DNA of 63,988 nt, filler included, from Porpidia crustulata (Eukaryota), in the NCBI GenBank assembly GCA_964255105.1. It is 6 parts of 6 records of this genome, joined end to end, with 100 filler letters (N's around TTAATTAATTAA, not from the genome) between each part and the next. Parts side by side here need not be neighbours in the genome. Positions count along the whole stretch, not along the records: positions 43,422 to 54,148 come from CAXUWE010000734.1; positions 54,249 to 63,988 come from CAXUWE010000892.1; 4 more parts are not named here. One strand, written 5' to 3'. Positions 48,308 through 62,466 of this stretch are shown in pieces. Numbering within the stretch: position 1 is the stretch's first letter; each line of letters opens with the position of its first letter. The translations under genes were made by a program, and so were the position numbers. A model generated the notes under the pieces. It was given only the letters and a program-made list of their open reading frames with translations. It did no database searches and was not told the origin of the DNA.

Positions 48308-51300
48308 CGCACCCAGTTGATATGCCAACCTGTACAACCACGTCCAGTCGACCAAGGTTGACCAGTTGAGGTAGCGGGCGCTGTACCAGATTGAAGTTAT
48401 CGAAACGTTTATACCGGAAAAGACTCGTTGCACCAAGCGGCTTACCGCGCCATGGCACTACTGTGGAACACTCTACCCCAGGCAGCGAGACGAACACCTT
48501 CTGCCACAGGTGTTCGTGGTCGGCAGCGTACTTGGTTTCCAGTACCCGCAACGAGAAGCAAATATGTGATTGACTGGTCTATGGTCTTCTTTAAGTTCCT
48601 AGACTGTTGGTCGGGTAGGAATCGGGTCCGCAATCATGCAGGAGTTTGCGCGGACCGTTCTTGGACGAAAGGACTTGTTATGAGCTCTATCAACTCTCCA
48701 GGTCAGCAGTCGTTCAACACGTGGTTCACTATCGAGGTATCACGAGTCATGCAAGCACGCGGAGCCAAATAGAAGTCGAAGCGCGTCTTGTAGCAGTTGC
48801 ATAGCGCAAAAGCATTCCGCTAGATCTCACCAGCTACCCGGAATAGGTTTGCTCAGAGACTGTCAATTGAAACAACAGGGCCGTCGATGGATGCGCCGGT
48901 TACGTCGGGTGTATGTAGAGAGCCCCACACCAAAGCATCGGTTCAGCGCTCGAAGGGGGTGTGCAGAGAACTGATTGATAACACCTGGGCAGAAAGGTAA
49001 GAAGTCTAAAGTACAAACCAGCTGTGTATCACGCGCCCTTTCTTGAGGTTGGGTGTCTGATATTGAAAGACCGAGCTAAGGTACTTCTTGGGGAGGAGGG
49101 AGGGGGGGTTTGTGGGAGATATGAGCTTCAAGTGTCCTAAGAGGTAAAGACTGCGTAGAAAAAACACAGAATTGGCGATAGAATGGGTTGATTGGAGAGA
49201 TAAGAATGATAATGAAGAGCAACAAGGGAATATGACCAGACGGCTTCTTTCAGAGGTCTTTGCCTCTGGAATGATTGAAATCGGGTTGTTTTTGGCTGGA
49301 CGATGAGGGTTTGTTGAAGGTGGATGCAGGAGGTCACATGTTTATCGACAGTCTTAGCGTGCGACCTAGACTACTACTCCACGCTGATTGGCTGTGGGCA
49401 ACTTCAGTGCGGGGTGCTGCCTTCTGCACTTCCTCAATCTGGACGCATTAGCACAAGGAGGTGTGTAGGCACTGTAGGTACCTTTCCCAACTTGAAGAAT
49501 GGATTGGAAGACGGATTTCTCGACGTATTATCGACACGAGCAATAGACGGCGCCATCGCAACCTGATCCACTATGGATCCCACCTCGACTAGACAGATCC
49601 GTTCATCACCGAGTCATCTACGAACATTTGCGAATTGATGTTGGGATGGCATATGCCCGTTTTCAAATGTCATGTGTGGCTAAAATCCATTGCAGCAGGC
49701 ATCGCAACGCGTCTGCAAACTGACTGTCACTGTCCCCCAATAAAATCTCACTGAGAGCGAGTTGACGGTGACGATCAATTCCTGTTGATTTTTCTACCCT
49801 TTTTCGGCCGGACCAGTGGGAAGAAGCTGTGCTTCTGCTGTAGTCGCAGGATGATCAACTAAGGCTTGATTTTCCACAGGTAATGGAAGGTGAGGTGAGG
49901 AAGGTAAATAGCCGTGGGAAAAAGCATGTGATGATGGTTGATGATTGCCCAATCACGTGGAGCATGCACAAGAGACTGGACTGGCCGCCTTTGGAGAAAC
50001 GCGTAGGTAGGTAGATATGCCTGTGCAAAGGAGGTCCCTGCAGCGAGTCGGTCCTGGTGATGAGGTGCGCTCAGACTGTCGCATTTTCCATCTCATCGCA
50101 AAGATGTAACGCCAATGATGCTTCTCTTTCATCGATTGTTACATATTCCTTCCTTCGTGGCAATCTTGTCTTGTGGTCAATGAAACCCAAACAATTGGAA
50201 CGTGCACGATGCAACTGTCGGTACGTAGGGTTCTGCAGCATCCATGCAACGCCTCACGCTACATTAGGCTTGTCGATTTGACGTTGATCCGCACAGGCCA
50301 GAAAATCAATCTGTTTGGGCCTTCAAATTAATTGAGCGAGCCCCCTTGGAAACCCATGCGAAGTACTTCAGCAGTCTTGGCTGGCGGAAGTGCTTTAATG
50401 TCTCTATTTTGGACTCTCCTCGAGTTTCTTAATAGCATTTTGTTGCAATAGATCTATGTCCAAGACAAGATTTTCTGACAGTTTCCTTCCTCACCGCTCC
50501 ATCAGCACGGCCCTCATTCACTCAAGGGCTTGTTATCTCGCATCCTGACATAGCTTTGGTCAGAGTTTCGTTTTCATGCCGGTTGAATAGATCATATGCA
50601 CTGATCTAAAAGGCTGTTACTATCTCCGGTGTTTGGTATACCAAGTAGAATATCTCATCTACGGCTGATTTTGGTCTATTAACGAGCTTTGAAGACTTGA
50701 AAGCCCAACCGATATCGATAACGTTACCGCGTCAGAGTCCATGTATGGCAATCTTTAACCTGGATCGATTCTTCCTAATCCTACCATATTTCCAAGTAGT
50801 AGTGACTCCATTCTACGGATTCCTGACTTCGTGATATTCTCCTTTTCACTCTAGCTCGGATTCACGAATAATCTTAGTAGCAGTCAAGGTATAAGATGAT
50901 AACATAGGTCATATTGAAGAACAATACTGCACAATATGGTGAGATACACCCTCGACCGTCTAGCTCTCCACATTCGAGAAAGCGTTGAAGAGTGGCCTTG
51001 ATGACAACCTACGCTGTGGCACACTGCCATTTAAACACCTCGAAAACCTCGAAAAGGTCACACTCGGGACAACAAGTCGTTGACTGCTCAAACCCTAACG
51101 CAGTTGTGTTGTCTCACCTCTGCAAAACAGAGTCAATGAGTGCTCGGAACTAAGAATGCTGGCGGGATATCGACAGTTCCAGAATTCTCCAAATCACTTA
51201 TCTCACCTATCTTCTGCCAATACAATGTAACCGTGAACATCACCCTAACCCCGATGGCAAAATGAATCTCAAACTTGGTGGACTTTTGCCTCATTGTATC

Positions 51301-51718
51301 TGCAAGTCAGCACTCCGGCTTACCCGATACGACGACACCATTGATCAAGAGCGCTGACATTTCGAGGAATTACGTTATGAGTACCTCTATTTGTATACTC
51401 TGCCTGGTTTACTGATCATTCTCTTGCCTCAAATCCGATTATAGACCTCGCTGATGAACACTCTAGGGGGAAAGTGAGCCCACTGGCACGAGTATTTGGC
51501 TTCCTCCAAGCCCTTCACACTAAATCATACGATGATTAAACCAGCTTCGTGTTTGCCATCATCGGATCCTCAATACCCTCCGAAATAATCAAGGGGAAAA
51601 TATATAAATCCATCGATATGCCACAAAGTAAAACTTATCCATCAAACCATCATAGCAATCTAATCAAGTAAAGAAAACCTTCGAACCTATCAACGAACAT
51701 CATTCAGAGTTTGCGAAG

Positions 51719-52130
51719 ATGCTCTTCTCAAGTGTACATGCTTCTTCCTATCCACCATCTCTTGGTCCGCGCTAACAAATTCTAGGCTCTCTCGGCGGCC
51801 ATCGCCTTCGCCGCCCTTGCGGCCGCTGCTCCTGCTCCTGCCCCGGAGACCAGCGCAATTTCCATCTCGGTCGATGTCTTCCAAGACACCACATGCGCAG
51901 TGACCGACGTCTCCGGCTATATCTTCTCCCACAATTACGAATGCCTGCAATTCATTGAGCAAGAGGGGAGTGTGAAGGCGAGAAGTAACAAGGCGGTCAA
52001 GCCCGGATGCGTGCTCCAAGTGTTTGCGAGCACGAACTGCGAGAACGTGCTGGCAGCCATTGCGCCAGACAACACTTGCCAGGCACCATTGCTGGGGCCT
52101 GCGAGCAGTGGATGGTTGGTTGGATGTTAG
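51719..52130 (+). CDS. Small secreted cysteine-containing protein, 119 aa (intron 51734-51785)
   Basis: MLFSS|ALSAAIAFAALAAAAPAPAPE signal peptide, 6 Cys, ends GWLVGC*. GCTAAC branch and TAG acceptor. TATATAAA at 51601. Confidence 0.85.
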
Positions 52131-53362
52131 GGGGTTATGGAAGACACAACGGGGTCCAGAGATAGGTTTCAGAAACTGCCATATTCCTAATTATCTAACG
52201 GGCATTTTACCTGTAGATACACACTCTTTATATGTGCAGCATAACCAATGAAATCCAGAGCATGTCTCATTAAGACTCAAATGAAATGGTTCAGCGTTTC
52301 CCATAGCATTTCTTGTGACCATGTATGGGATGCGTGAATAGTAGTGAGAGGAGCGCTGTGCCTTCAGGACGCTGCCGGCTGTCGAGGACAACCAAGAAAA
52401 ATCAAGACCCCCGTCCGCCAAAGTAATGAGGAGTAATCCATAATGGATTGATTTATAAGGGAGCGGATGGAGATTTGGCCCTAGCCACTAGATAGATAAT
52501 TCGCGAGGGCGCTAAGATTGAACGAGCAGAGTATTTTACCGAGCACCAAGAACCACTATGGGGCACGAAGAGACTTATGTAAACTCATCACTACATCCAG
52601 TCTGCAGCCTGCCTTTCAATTCTGGAGACAACTCTGATGATTGACAATGGCATGGAAAGATGTCGAATATTTGGGTTGATGAGCTGGCCGTCGATCGACC
52701 GAGAACGGCGAACTCGAAATAGAAATAGCGTGGCGAAACCTGCGACGGCCATTCCGCCGACTACCGACATCTTAACCACGTCCTGTCAGGGCCAAACCTC
52801 AAGCATCATATCTAGAGACTCGAAACTCTATCTCCCGGCTGTCCTGGAACCTTCACCCAGTGGTACGGTCGCAATGCAGGGTCGTGAAGCTTATGGAGTT
52901 CCTGGATTCTATATCAGGGTGACCAGGGTGACGGGATTCTGCAGCATCGAGCCTCAATGTCGATCAAGGTTTCCATTTTCGCTCTTTGTTCCATCGTCCC
53001 AGTTGTTGGTTTACGGCTTATGGCTATCATTCGTGCATCTTGTGGCTCTTCTACGCGTACCTTCGAACCCATAGTAAGCCCAACGTGCATATCGTGCTTT
53101 GGAGGTATCTTTGGCAGGAGTGGACCGCCGCATGTTCGCGAACGATCATGCAATTGGGCCTTCAGAATTGAGGGTCGATGAGCGACAGCGCACCTGAGAC
53201 TTTGCCTGAGGAAGTTGAGATCTCTTATATTGGACGACTTCTCCTCAACGTCCACCATCTTTTTCGATTGCACATATCTACTTACCTTTAGATTTCTCTT
53301 TTCCTTTCTTATTTTTGTATGTGGAATTCTAGAGCTTTGCTCGGTTTTGCTTGACGACTATA

Positions 53363-54148
53363 ATGTCCCAAATCCTTACTTTCCTCCTTTTCTTGTGCTT
53401 AGCTCTACTCTCCGTCGCCCTACCACAAAACCATGATAATTCCAAACGCGATATACCCTATTTTACCGGCACCACACCCCAAGCCCCACCGTCCGAATCT
53501 CTCCGTGGCGTCAATATCGGTGGCTGGCTCATCCTAGAAAAATGGATGACTCCCAACCTCTTCACCGGCCCTTTCGCAGAAGCCACCGACCAATGGACGT
53601 TTGACTCCATCCCTGGCGCCAGCTCTGCCCTTGAGAATCACTGGTCCACCTACTTCACTGAAGCAGACGTCTGGACTATAAAGTCCTACGGCTTTAATGC
53701 GTAAGCCCTAGTCCTTGACCCCTTCCCACAATCATTCATCCGCTAAATCTCCGATAGCCTCCGAATCCCCATCGGCTTTTGGGCTTTCGACAGTACCAAC
53801 ACCCCCTACCTCCCCGGCGCCATCTTCCACCTCGACACAGCAATCACTTGGGCCCGCGCCGCCGGCCTCAAGATCCTACTCGACTGCCACGGCTCCCCTG
53901 GCTCGCAAAACGGCTATGACAACTCCGGGCACGCCGGCGCCGTCAACTGGCAAAAATCCACCAACCTGAACCTCTCCATCGCGGTCCTAGAAACCATGGC
54001 GCATAAGTACGGTTCCGCAGACTACGCCGACGTAATCATCGGCCTCGAAATCGTCAACGAGCCCATCTCGTACGCTCCCAACGACATCGAGACCACCCGC
54101 CAATTCGCCCGCGACGCCTACACCGCCATCCAAGCCGCCGCCACCAAC
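53363..54148 (+). CDS. Secreted GH5 exo-beta-1,3-glucanase-like protein, 3'-truncated (intron 53701-53757)
   Basis: Signal peptide, LRGVNIGGWLILEKWMTP, HWSTYFTEAD, NA|LRIPIGFW, DCHGSPGSQNGYDNSG, catalytic EIVNEP. Confidence 0.93.
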
Positions 54149-54248
54149 NNNNNNNNNNNNNNNNNNNNNNNNNNNNNNNNNNNNNNNNNNNNTTAATTAA
54201 TTAANNNNNNNNNNNNNNNNNNNNNNNNNNNNNNNNNNNNNNNNNNNN
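54149..54248. other. Artificial contig linker
   Basis: N44-TTAATTAATTAA-N44. Confidence 0.98.
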
Positions 54249-55278
54249 GGGATAGATTGGTCTTTTGACAAGGGAGAGTCCGGGCTGCGAAATCGCTGCC
54301 ACCTGTCAAAAGAAGGATACACATATGTACAAGCACCCCATCTTTATGCACATCGCCACCCAAAACCCCTACAGCCATCTCCATGAGCGAAATTGTCATA
54401 TGCGTCTTCGGTACATGTTGATCGATGGGAATGTGAATGAAAATGTTGAAGAAGCCGAGACTGGTTAAAGGGTGAAGGGCAGGAGAGAAGGTGATGACAA
54501 TTAACCTGACGACGGAGGTTGAATTGCAGAAAATGGTGAGGGATGTGGCTTGGGCTTGGGGGGAACGAGTTGCGGAATTGTTGGACATGGATGATAGTGA
54601 TATCGAGAGATATCGTGCAAACAAGGTGTTGACATTGTGCTCTCTGCATGTCGAACGTGCTCTCTGCAGCTTTCAACTTCCAGCTCTCCTTTTAAGCATG
54701 AATCCCACACCTGTGCCAGTTTTGCGAGCGGCGCCAGGTCCAATTTCCGCACCTTCAGATATATAGTATATGCACAATGCAGGAGACGGTTTAGCATTCT
54801 GATAGTACACACATCTAAAACGAACTATTACACCCGTTGTACGCGCGAAGAGACACGACCAAAAGGCAAGCTTACGGAGACAAGGATCAATAAACAGAGA
54901 GAGAGAGAGAAAGTGGGTATGGAATCAGGGGCGAAAAAGCCTCCCAGTCGTAGGCTCATTGAAGTAGCTAGTGCGGACGACAGAAGCCCAAAAGCGCCAA
55001 ATTTGCCTCGAATTCCATATGTTAAATGAAATATCCGCGGTTCAGTCCCCAAACTACTCCCGATTGACCAAACATCCCGATTCGTGCACAAGCTGCCCGA
55101 TTGAGATAGAATCGAGATAGATCCGGCGATGCTCGGAAAACTCCAGCACCGCGGGAAGGGTACTGACTGGAAAACCTCCTTCGCTACCTGGCTGCTGCGG
55201 TCGAACTTCTAGTGAGCAGGGGGTTGGTCATGCAACTCTCCTCCGTATCCCCCCAGTTGCAGACACATTGCTGGTGAA

Positions 55279-56282
55279 TTACAAGATCTGGCACTTCTTG
55301 CTTCGTCCTCCATCTCGACCTTTCTTGGACAGCAAAGCCGCGCGTGTGGCATGCTCGAAAACTTCTCGCACACCTTCGTTTGTCTTTGCTGAGCACTCTA
55401 AGTAGTATCTTGCACCAATCTTCTTCTTGACCTCCTCGCCCTAGAAAGTTGTGGCAGTTAGCAAAGCTCGTCCTCGGTTTATATAATAAAGTCCCAATCT
55501 CCCAAGGCTGCTAAAGCCGATTCAAAGACCCTTGAATCGAAGCGTAACGTACCTGTTCCGGGGTCACTGGCTTTTGCGATGTCTTATGTAGTTCCTCAAT
55601 AGTCTTTTGGTCGTAACGGAGATCTTTCTTACAGCCAACGAGAATGATTGGGAGGCCTTGGCAGAAGTGGAGGACTTCGGATATCCACTAAGATTCCATG
55701 ATATTAGCAGATATTCCCAACAGCTTCCGAACTGTCATGGTGTAGTCGGGCTGTTTTCGTGGGGAACGATTGCCTACCTTCTCTTGGACGTTGTCAAGTG
55801 AATCGGGAGAGTCGACGGCAAAGCAAATCAGGATGACGTGGGAATCAGGATATGATAGAGGACGGAGACGGTCGTAGTCTTCTTGACCAGCCGTATCCCA
55901 AAGTGCCAGCTCAACATGTTTCCCATCGACCTCGACATCGGCGACGTAATTCTCAAAGACGGTGGGGACGTAGACCTAATCGACAGGAATCATCAATACG
56001 TTGTCCTTCAGAGCGTTCCCACCAAACATTACGCCTTTGCCACGGTTGACCTGATTACGGAAAGTCGAGCTTGGGTTGTTCGCTGTTAGGAGAAAGAGAG
56101 ATGCTGACCTCCGGAAATGTACCCTTAGAGAAGACGCTGTGCAAGAAGGTCAGTGATCTACAAGTTTTGCGATAGCAAATTTGAGTGCTCAAAATGTAAT
56201 GGAGGAGCACTCACATCAACAGACAAGTTTTTCCGCAGGCACCGTCACCGACGATGACGAGCTTACGGCGGATTTCAGCCAT
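55279..56282 (-). CDS. RHO1: Rho1 small GTPase (5 coding exons)
   Basis: [66 protein letters not shown] and the CAAX terminus KKCQIL*. Confidence 0.97.
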
Positions 56283-57238
56283 CTGGATCGCATAAGCAGA
56301 GTGTCAGCGAGTCCAGGGTCGGGTTCAGCGAGGGTCTCGCGTGAGTGAGACTAACGGTATAAGTGGGTGTGGATTTGGTGGAATCACAAAGCGTTGTAAT
56401 GAGGAAGAAAGAAGGTTGAGAGTGGCTTCGTGATGGTCCAACCTACTGGTGGGAAGTAGGCTTTCCGCGGTAGAGCAATCTCACTGTATCAGTAGTGCAG
56501 CAACACCGGACAGTGTTTTGATGATAGCTACTCGGGCTCAAAAGGGTGTTGGGAATATGGGCAGTAGATGTCTGATGCGAACAGTGGTTGTCTATGAGGC
56601 AGTAGTTCTCCTTTGATTGATGGGTTGTATCAGGCAACGGGCGTATTCTTTCAAGGATGTGTTCGGAGTCCTTCTTGGCAGCCGAGAGGACGGTCCACGC
56701 GTGCTTGTCCGACACCTCTAAGTAGCTAACCGTACTACCCACCAATCTAAGTCAGATATGCTCCTGATTCAACAGCTTTGCTTTAATTTCTAAGGACACC
56801 GCGAAAGGGTGAGAAAGTGTAGTCTAGTCTCATTCACCCTTCAAGTTCTATAATTGATGATTATGATAATGAAGGTGTCCTCGTATAGCTCAACGAAGGT
56901 GTTGATGAAGGACTCATCACTCGTTGCTGCTTTCTATCTTGTTTGACGTAAGCTGCTTCGGAATCGGTCGCCGTATATTTCCACCCGCCGCCGTACTTAC
57001 CAATCGCCATGACCAGCGGTTCTTGCCCTTGACCCCCCGTTTCCAGTTTCGTTTCAGATACAGATACGCCGTATAATCACTGTCTATCCAGCAGCTCCCC
57101 TGGCTAAGTTCACCCTCACTAATGCCAAGTATTTGCCACCCGCTGTCGCCGCTATCAATGCCATTGACTAATTCTCAAAAAGAAGGTGCACCATAATAAT
57201 AGACCCTGACTCCACGCCTCGCCAACATCACAAAACTG

Positions 57239-60200
57239 CTAGCCTGGCGAAGTATCCATCAGCCTTGATTCTGCTATCTTTTTTCCTTTCTTCTCTGTTT
57301 TGAATGCCTCTATACGCGCTTTGAGCTCAGTATCTATTAGCCACGGTGTTAGCCAGTGTCATCACTGAAGCATTCTAAGTCGAAGAGCGCGAAAATAAAT
57401 AATACACACCAGGTGTGACGTCCTCAATCTTGAGAGGTGCCCGATTAAAGGGATCATTGGGGTCACTGAGAAGGTGGGAACGAATGGTTGATCTATCGAT
57501 GGAAGTTTTAGATGTTGGCAGAATGACAGGGTCTCCCATCAGCGTGTACATCAGAGGGTCTATTGAGCAGTAGTTAGTGGCATTCTACACTCATGCAGCA
57601 TCGGGAAGACCTCAGCATACCTAAGAACTCGTCAGGTATTTCCCCAAGGTCCTCTTCCGCTTGATCGTCCAACTCTTTTGCCTTCTTGAACTTCCCCCCC
57701 AAGGCTTTCCACCCAGCGACTCCTTCTGCAGACGCCAAGGCGAATTTTTGCAATATGGCGGTTGCTTTCTCAAAATTGGCTGGTTTGTAAGATCTCCCAT
57801 CCCGTGCGACAGCAATAACAAAACTCTCTTTCTGTCTAAGATTCAAATAGACATCAATAATCTCCCTGAGCAATTCCTTTGGATTGAACCCATATTCGCT
57901 AGGATTGTCAACTTTGAGATCGCTACTCTTGGGTCCAACCATGACATCAAGATTGTAGTCCAGCATATCTGCCAAACGTTGCACAATCTCTGGCATTGTG
58001 AAAGACTCTGCTAGTGCTTCGGTGAAAAGCTTTAGCATGGCAACCGTTTCATTAGTGAGTTGCATATAAGACTTTGCCTTATTCTGGGCAGCGGCTAGAG
58101 CTTCCTCTTTCTCCGTTCGCACTGCTGGATCAAGACCTGCCGAAACTTTGAGCTCCTCTTGAAGGCTATGTATCTCTATAAAAGCTGTCAAAGATTCGTC
58201 AAGCACGAATGTAACATCGTTGAGGAGAAGATTGACGAAGCGGACGAAAAAGTCAATATTGATTTTGGACTCTTGAGCAAGACGCTCTCGGTATATCGTG
58301 TTAGGCCAGATACACTTAATAATCTGGAAAATCTCATAGCGTATATTGAACTTGTCGTAGAATTGAGTTTGGGCGCCCGTATTTTCTACCTCGATATAGA
58401 ACTTCATCAAAGCATGCAGCAGATGGTTCGTAGCGAAGGGCATTGACATGAGCAAATCACCCAGGACACCTTTCAATCGATTCGGGGTTGGCCATATGCC
58501 TGTAAACATGATTGAGACTAGGCCTGACTTCAAGTGCGGATTCTTGATGTATTCTGAACTGCGGAGGAATGTGATGCAGAGGACAAGGAGTTCATCGCTC
58601 TGCGTCGACGTGATGATTTGAGGCATATTCCTCATGATAAATCTGAAATTGCTAACTACGTCTTCCAGGAAATACTCTGGCAAGCACTTGAAGACTTCTG
58701 GCTGATCTTGTGGTAGGGGGAGCTGAAGTGGAAGCTTTGGGTAAGCGTGTCCGGGAGCTACCAGACGTATTAGCCATACAATCACATACCGCATAAACTG
58801 CATCGACCGCGCTTGTGTCAATTCGTCCAAGAGGACCCCTTGGATAGCATATTTATATGAGAGTCCTTTGTCCACTTGGTCCCTTTGTTTCTTGATAGCA
58901 TTGTCGAACATCCTGAGCTTGGCCGGATCGCTGACGAATTTATGTCGATCCAGTTCGATCTCCTCTAAATGTTTCTCCATTCGCTTGAGGTCTTTGTCGA
59001 GCCGGTTTAGTGTTGAATTTGCAGCCTCTGTGCCATAGTGGTGGGCAGCTAAGGTAAGGAAAAATAATTCGGTGATGAAATTCGAGGTACCATCAGCTGC
59101 TTTTTCGTAAAATTTACCCGAGGTATGCTGGTCCGCGTTGAGCTTTGTTTCTTCCTTGATATCGACTCGAGGTTTTCGCCGAAGGTAAGCGACGTCTATT
59201 CGGTCAATCTTGGAGAAGGTAGCATCCATAAATGGCTCGCAGAGCTGGTCTAAGCATACGGTCACATTGATCATAAATCCATCGGAGGAGACAAGCCTCT
59301 GATCTACCTGCATTGCACGGCGCTTTTGATTAGCATTTACAACCAATGCAAACCAATCAAGCATTTTTCCACGGCTCTCTGCACCGCCAGTTTTAATGAA
59401 GTGGTTGACGATGTCAAAAAGATCTGTTTGATGAGTCTGGAGGGTCATACGAAGGGCTCTCTGGGAATTTGAGATATAGCCCCTATCTCGAGTCTTAGGG
59501 CTTGAGAAGTAATTGACGGTAACCTTCCCTTGGAGCGGCGAGATTGCAAAGAGTGGACCAAGCAGGGTCGCCACCTCTAGTGACCCGGCTGGCACATTTG
59601 TAGGGACAAATCGAGCGGATAGAGCAATGGCACTGACTATTGCGGGATATTGTACTAGGTTTCGCAATGCCTATGTACGAGTTAGTAGAATGAATGGAGC
59701 TGTACCAGCTTCACTTACAAGGACATAGGGTTTATAATTATCATCCATAGTCATAGTCGCTAACTGACTACTTAGATCCTCAACTGCCTCGACCAGCGCA
59801 GTTTGGATTGTGTCATCATCTTGAAACCTTGAGACTGCCTCCGTCAAGAAATCGTGACATAGACCTCTATCATCTTCAGGATCTACGAGAAGGTGCGGTG
59901 TAAGCGGACTTGACGCAGGACGCTCTCGACTATGACATATTCAGCTCATTATCGGTAGGGTCCAGCCTCTCACATAAGCTTACCCAAACATCTCAGGCAT
60001 AGTTACAGCAAAGACGCAATAACTCATGCATAACCTCCTAGCCTCTTTGATTACATCGTATTTAGGATCAAGGACTTTTTCGCCGCGGAAGGCTCTAAAC
60101 TGTCTTGACACGCGCTTCCAGCATCCTAGTAAGAAGTCTAATGGGGTATCCTTTCCTGACCTCGAAGCCGCCTCCAATAAAGCTTGATCTAGCACTTCGA

Positions 60201-60770
60201 TGCTCAATCTGACTGGCTCGCCCTGCTCCTTCATGTCTTCTCGCACGCCTATCACATACTTCAAGTGATGTCCATGGCTATCTTCTTTGGCTTCGGGGTC
60301 AAGGGTCAGCCTGAAAATGGTACCAAGAATCCGATTTTCCCACTCTGCTAGCGATTCTCCATTTCTTGAACTCGGACGCCCATTTGTAGAACTTGGACGC
60401 TTCATCGGCGTTGCTGATGCGCGTGAGATGTTGATTGTAGGTCCATCAGCGTTTGTGGGTTTCGTTGCAAGCTGGGAGAAGGGGTTCTGGAAAGGTTTCT
60501 GTGTTCCTGACAAGCCCAACGCTGTGCTACTCGAGCTTGACTGCTCCTTGAGTTTTCCATTCTCTGCACTCTGTATCTCTGAGCCCCTTGGAGGCGGAGA
60601 AGCTGTAGCACTGCTATTACTTCCCCCTTTGTTTGCATCTGCCGACACTGGAGCTTGGGAGCCCAGCTTAGCCAGCCGTTTGCTGCGGATCTTCGATAGA
60701 TTAACTTTGCGCCTTGCAACGCCGAATACTAATAACTTACTTTGTCTGCATCAGATACCGAGTCAGACAT
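57239..60770 (-). CDS. UFD2: Ubiquitin conjugation factor E4 with C-terminal U-box
   Basis: [20 protein letters not shown] start, [28 protein letters not shown]-box [30 protein letters not shown]. Several introns. Confidence 0.95.
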
Positions 60771-61261
60771 GCTGTAGGTCTATGGCATACGAATTTTGTG
60801 TACACTAAAGTCAGATTGACAATGAATCTAAAAAGCAAGTAAGAGATTTGAAAGTCCAGAAGAATCGGTCATCGGGGGTCATCAAGTGAGGAACGCCGAA
60901 CCCTGTTACACATTTCTAGACTGTCACGACTGCCTTGGCTGTCTGGACGCCACGCGCTCGGCTATCAAGAGCCGCAGTTTGTAAGGCGAAGAGGCTCGAC
61001 AAGAACTACCTGAAATCGACCCACCCCGTGGATTACACCTTCTGCGTGAGAAATTGAGAATGGGCGCGAATGATGAAACACCGCGGGAGTTGTCGCACAA
61101 TTTCCGCAAGGAAGATCCCCTTGACCATTGGTGATATTCCAACTTATGATGATGACCTTACTTTGACTACGGCTATTTCTGCCGAGAAGAACGTCTAAGA
61201 ATCAAGAAGAACACCTCCAGCTCCTTGCCAAACCAGAATACCTTCCATCGTAAAACAAATA

Positions 61262-62466
61262 TTAGTAAGTACTCCTTGGTAAGCCCCATTCGTCCAAGCG
61301 TCGACAGCTCCTCATATCATAATTCCTAGCGTCCCGCATCTTGTCCACGTCCTGAAAGAACCATCCTTGCGCATCTTCCATCAAGCGATTTCGGGTCCGC
61401 ATCTCGATTTGGCAGTCGTATTGTAAATTCCCCACGTAACTGTTTTCCGCCCGTCTGTCCAGGTCATTCATCTTGCGGCTGCCGTAGTCTGCAACGTCGT
61501 TCGGGTTGACGTAGTAATCAACTTTCAGTCGTGGTGTCACGCGATGTAGTGTTAGGGGAGGCTCGGGAGAATTGAATCGGATATCTGGGCCAGCTGGCGT
61601 TGTCGACGAGAAGAGTGATGATAATAATGGGAGGACAAAAAGTATCAGTAGTGGTAGGAGATTTGATAGCGCCGACATTGCAGTCCGAGGAGGCTCTTCA
61701 GCATTGCCATTTGCTTCCCTTGGCCTTCTCCTGGGTCGACCTCCTCCGAACTGGTGGACACGAAAGCCAGGCCCACCACCAAGGTTAAAGACATACTGTG
61801 AACCAGAGTCAAACATGCCCCCACCGCCTATGAAGTGTACGTCAGTATGTAGATATCGTCGAGAACTCAGGCGACAATTCACCGCCGAATGCTCCTCCAC
61901 CCATGCCGCCTCCGAAAAACCTGTTGAACAATTCCTCTGGAGAGATTTCGTCTTCGAATATGGGACCCCTTCCACTCCCGGATGACCTGGCAAAGCCGCT
62001 GAATGGCGAAGAAGCTGCAGCCGCGCCAGGGCCAAATCTATTATCCGGATCCCCGCCAAACCGGTCATACTTGGATTTCTTCTCGGCGTCTGACAGGATT
62101 TGGAATGCTCTTGAGACCACTGTGATCGAGCGCCCATTATTAGTCTAGTCCGACTTCTGGTGCCGAGTGCTGTAGTCGCCTAATCCACTTACTCTTGAAA
62201 GCTTCATCTGCACCATCATAGCCATTCTTGTCTGGATGCGTGAGTAAGCTCAGCTTCCTGTAGGCCTTCTTTATCTCTGCATCTGTCGCCATCTTTTCTA
62301 TGCCCAAGATTTCGTAGAAAGCAGTAGCCGCGCATTTTCGGACTCTGATCACAGCGGTCTTCTGCTCAACGGTATATTTCCGATCTTGATTGCCCTGATT
62401 ATGCTCTCTACTTCTCGCACTGCCGTTACCGTTTGCTTCGGCTCCAGATGAGGTTGTCGCAGGCAT
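61262..62466 (-). CDS. HLJ1: ER-membrane DnaJ protein (J-domain + TM + DUF1977), Hlj1/DNAJB12-like (exons 62466-62193, 62119-61883, 61827-61262)
   Basis: [56 protein letters not shown] segment [14 protein letters not shown], and a C-terminal luminal domain with two Cys. Confidence 0.92.

Noticed and set aside
51242..51251. ACCCTAACCC as a telomerase RNA template
   Set aside because: A 9-10 nt match is close to chance expectation in 64 kb, and I could not identify a pseudoknot or CR4/5 element.
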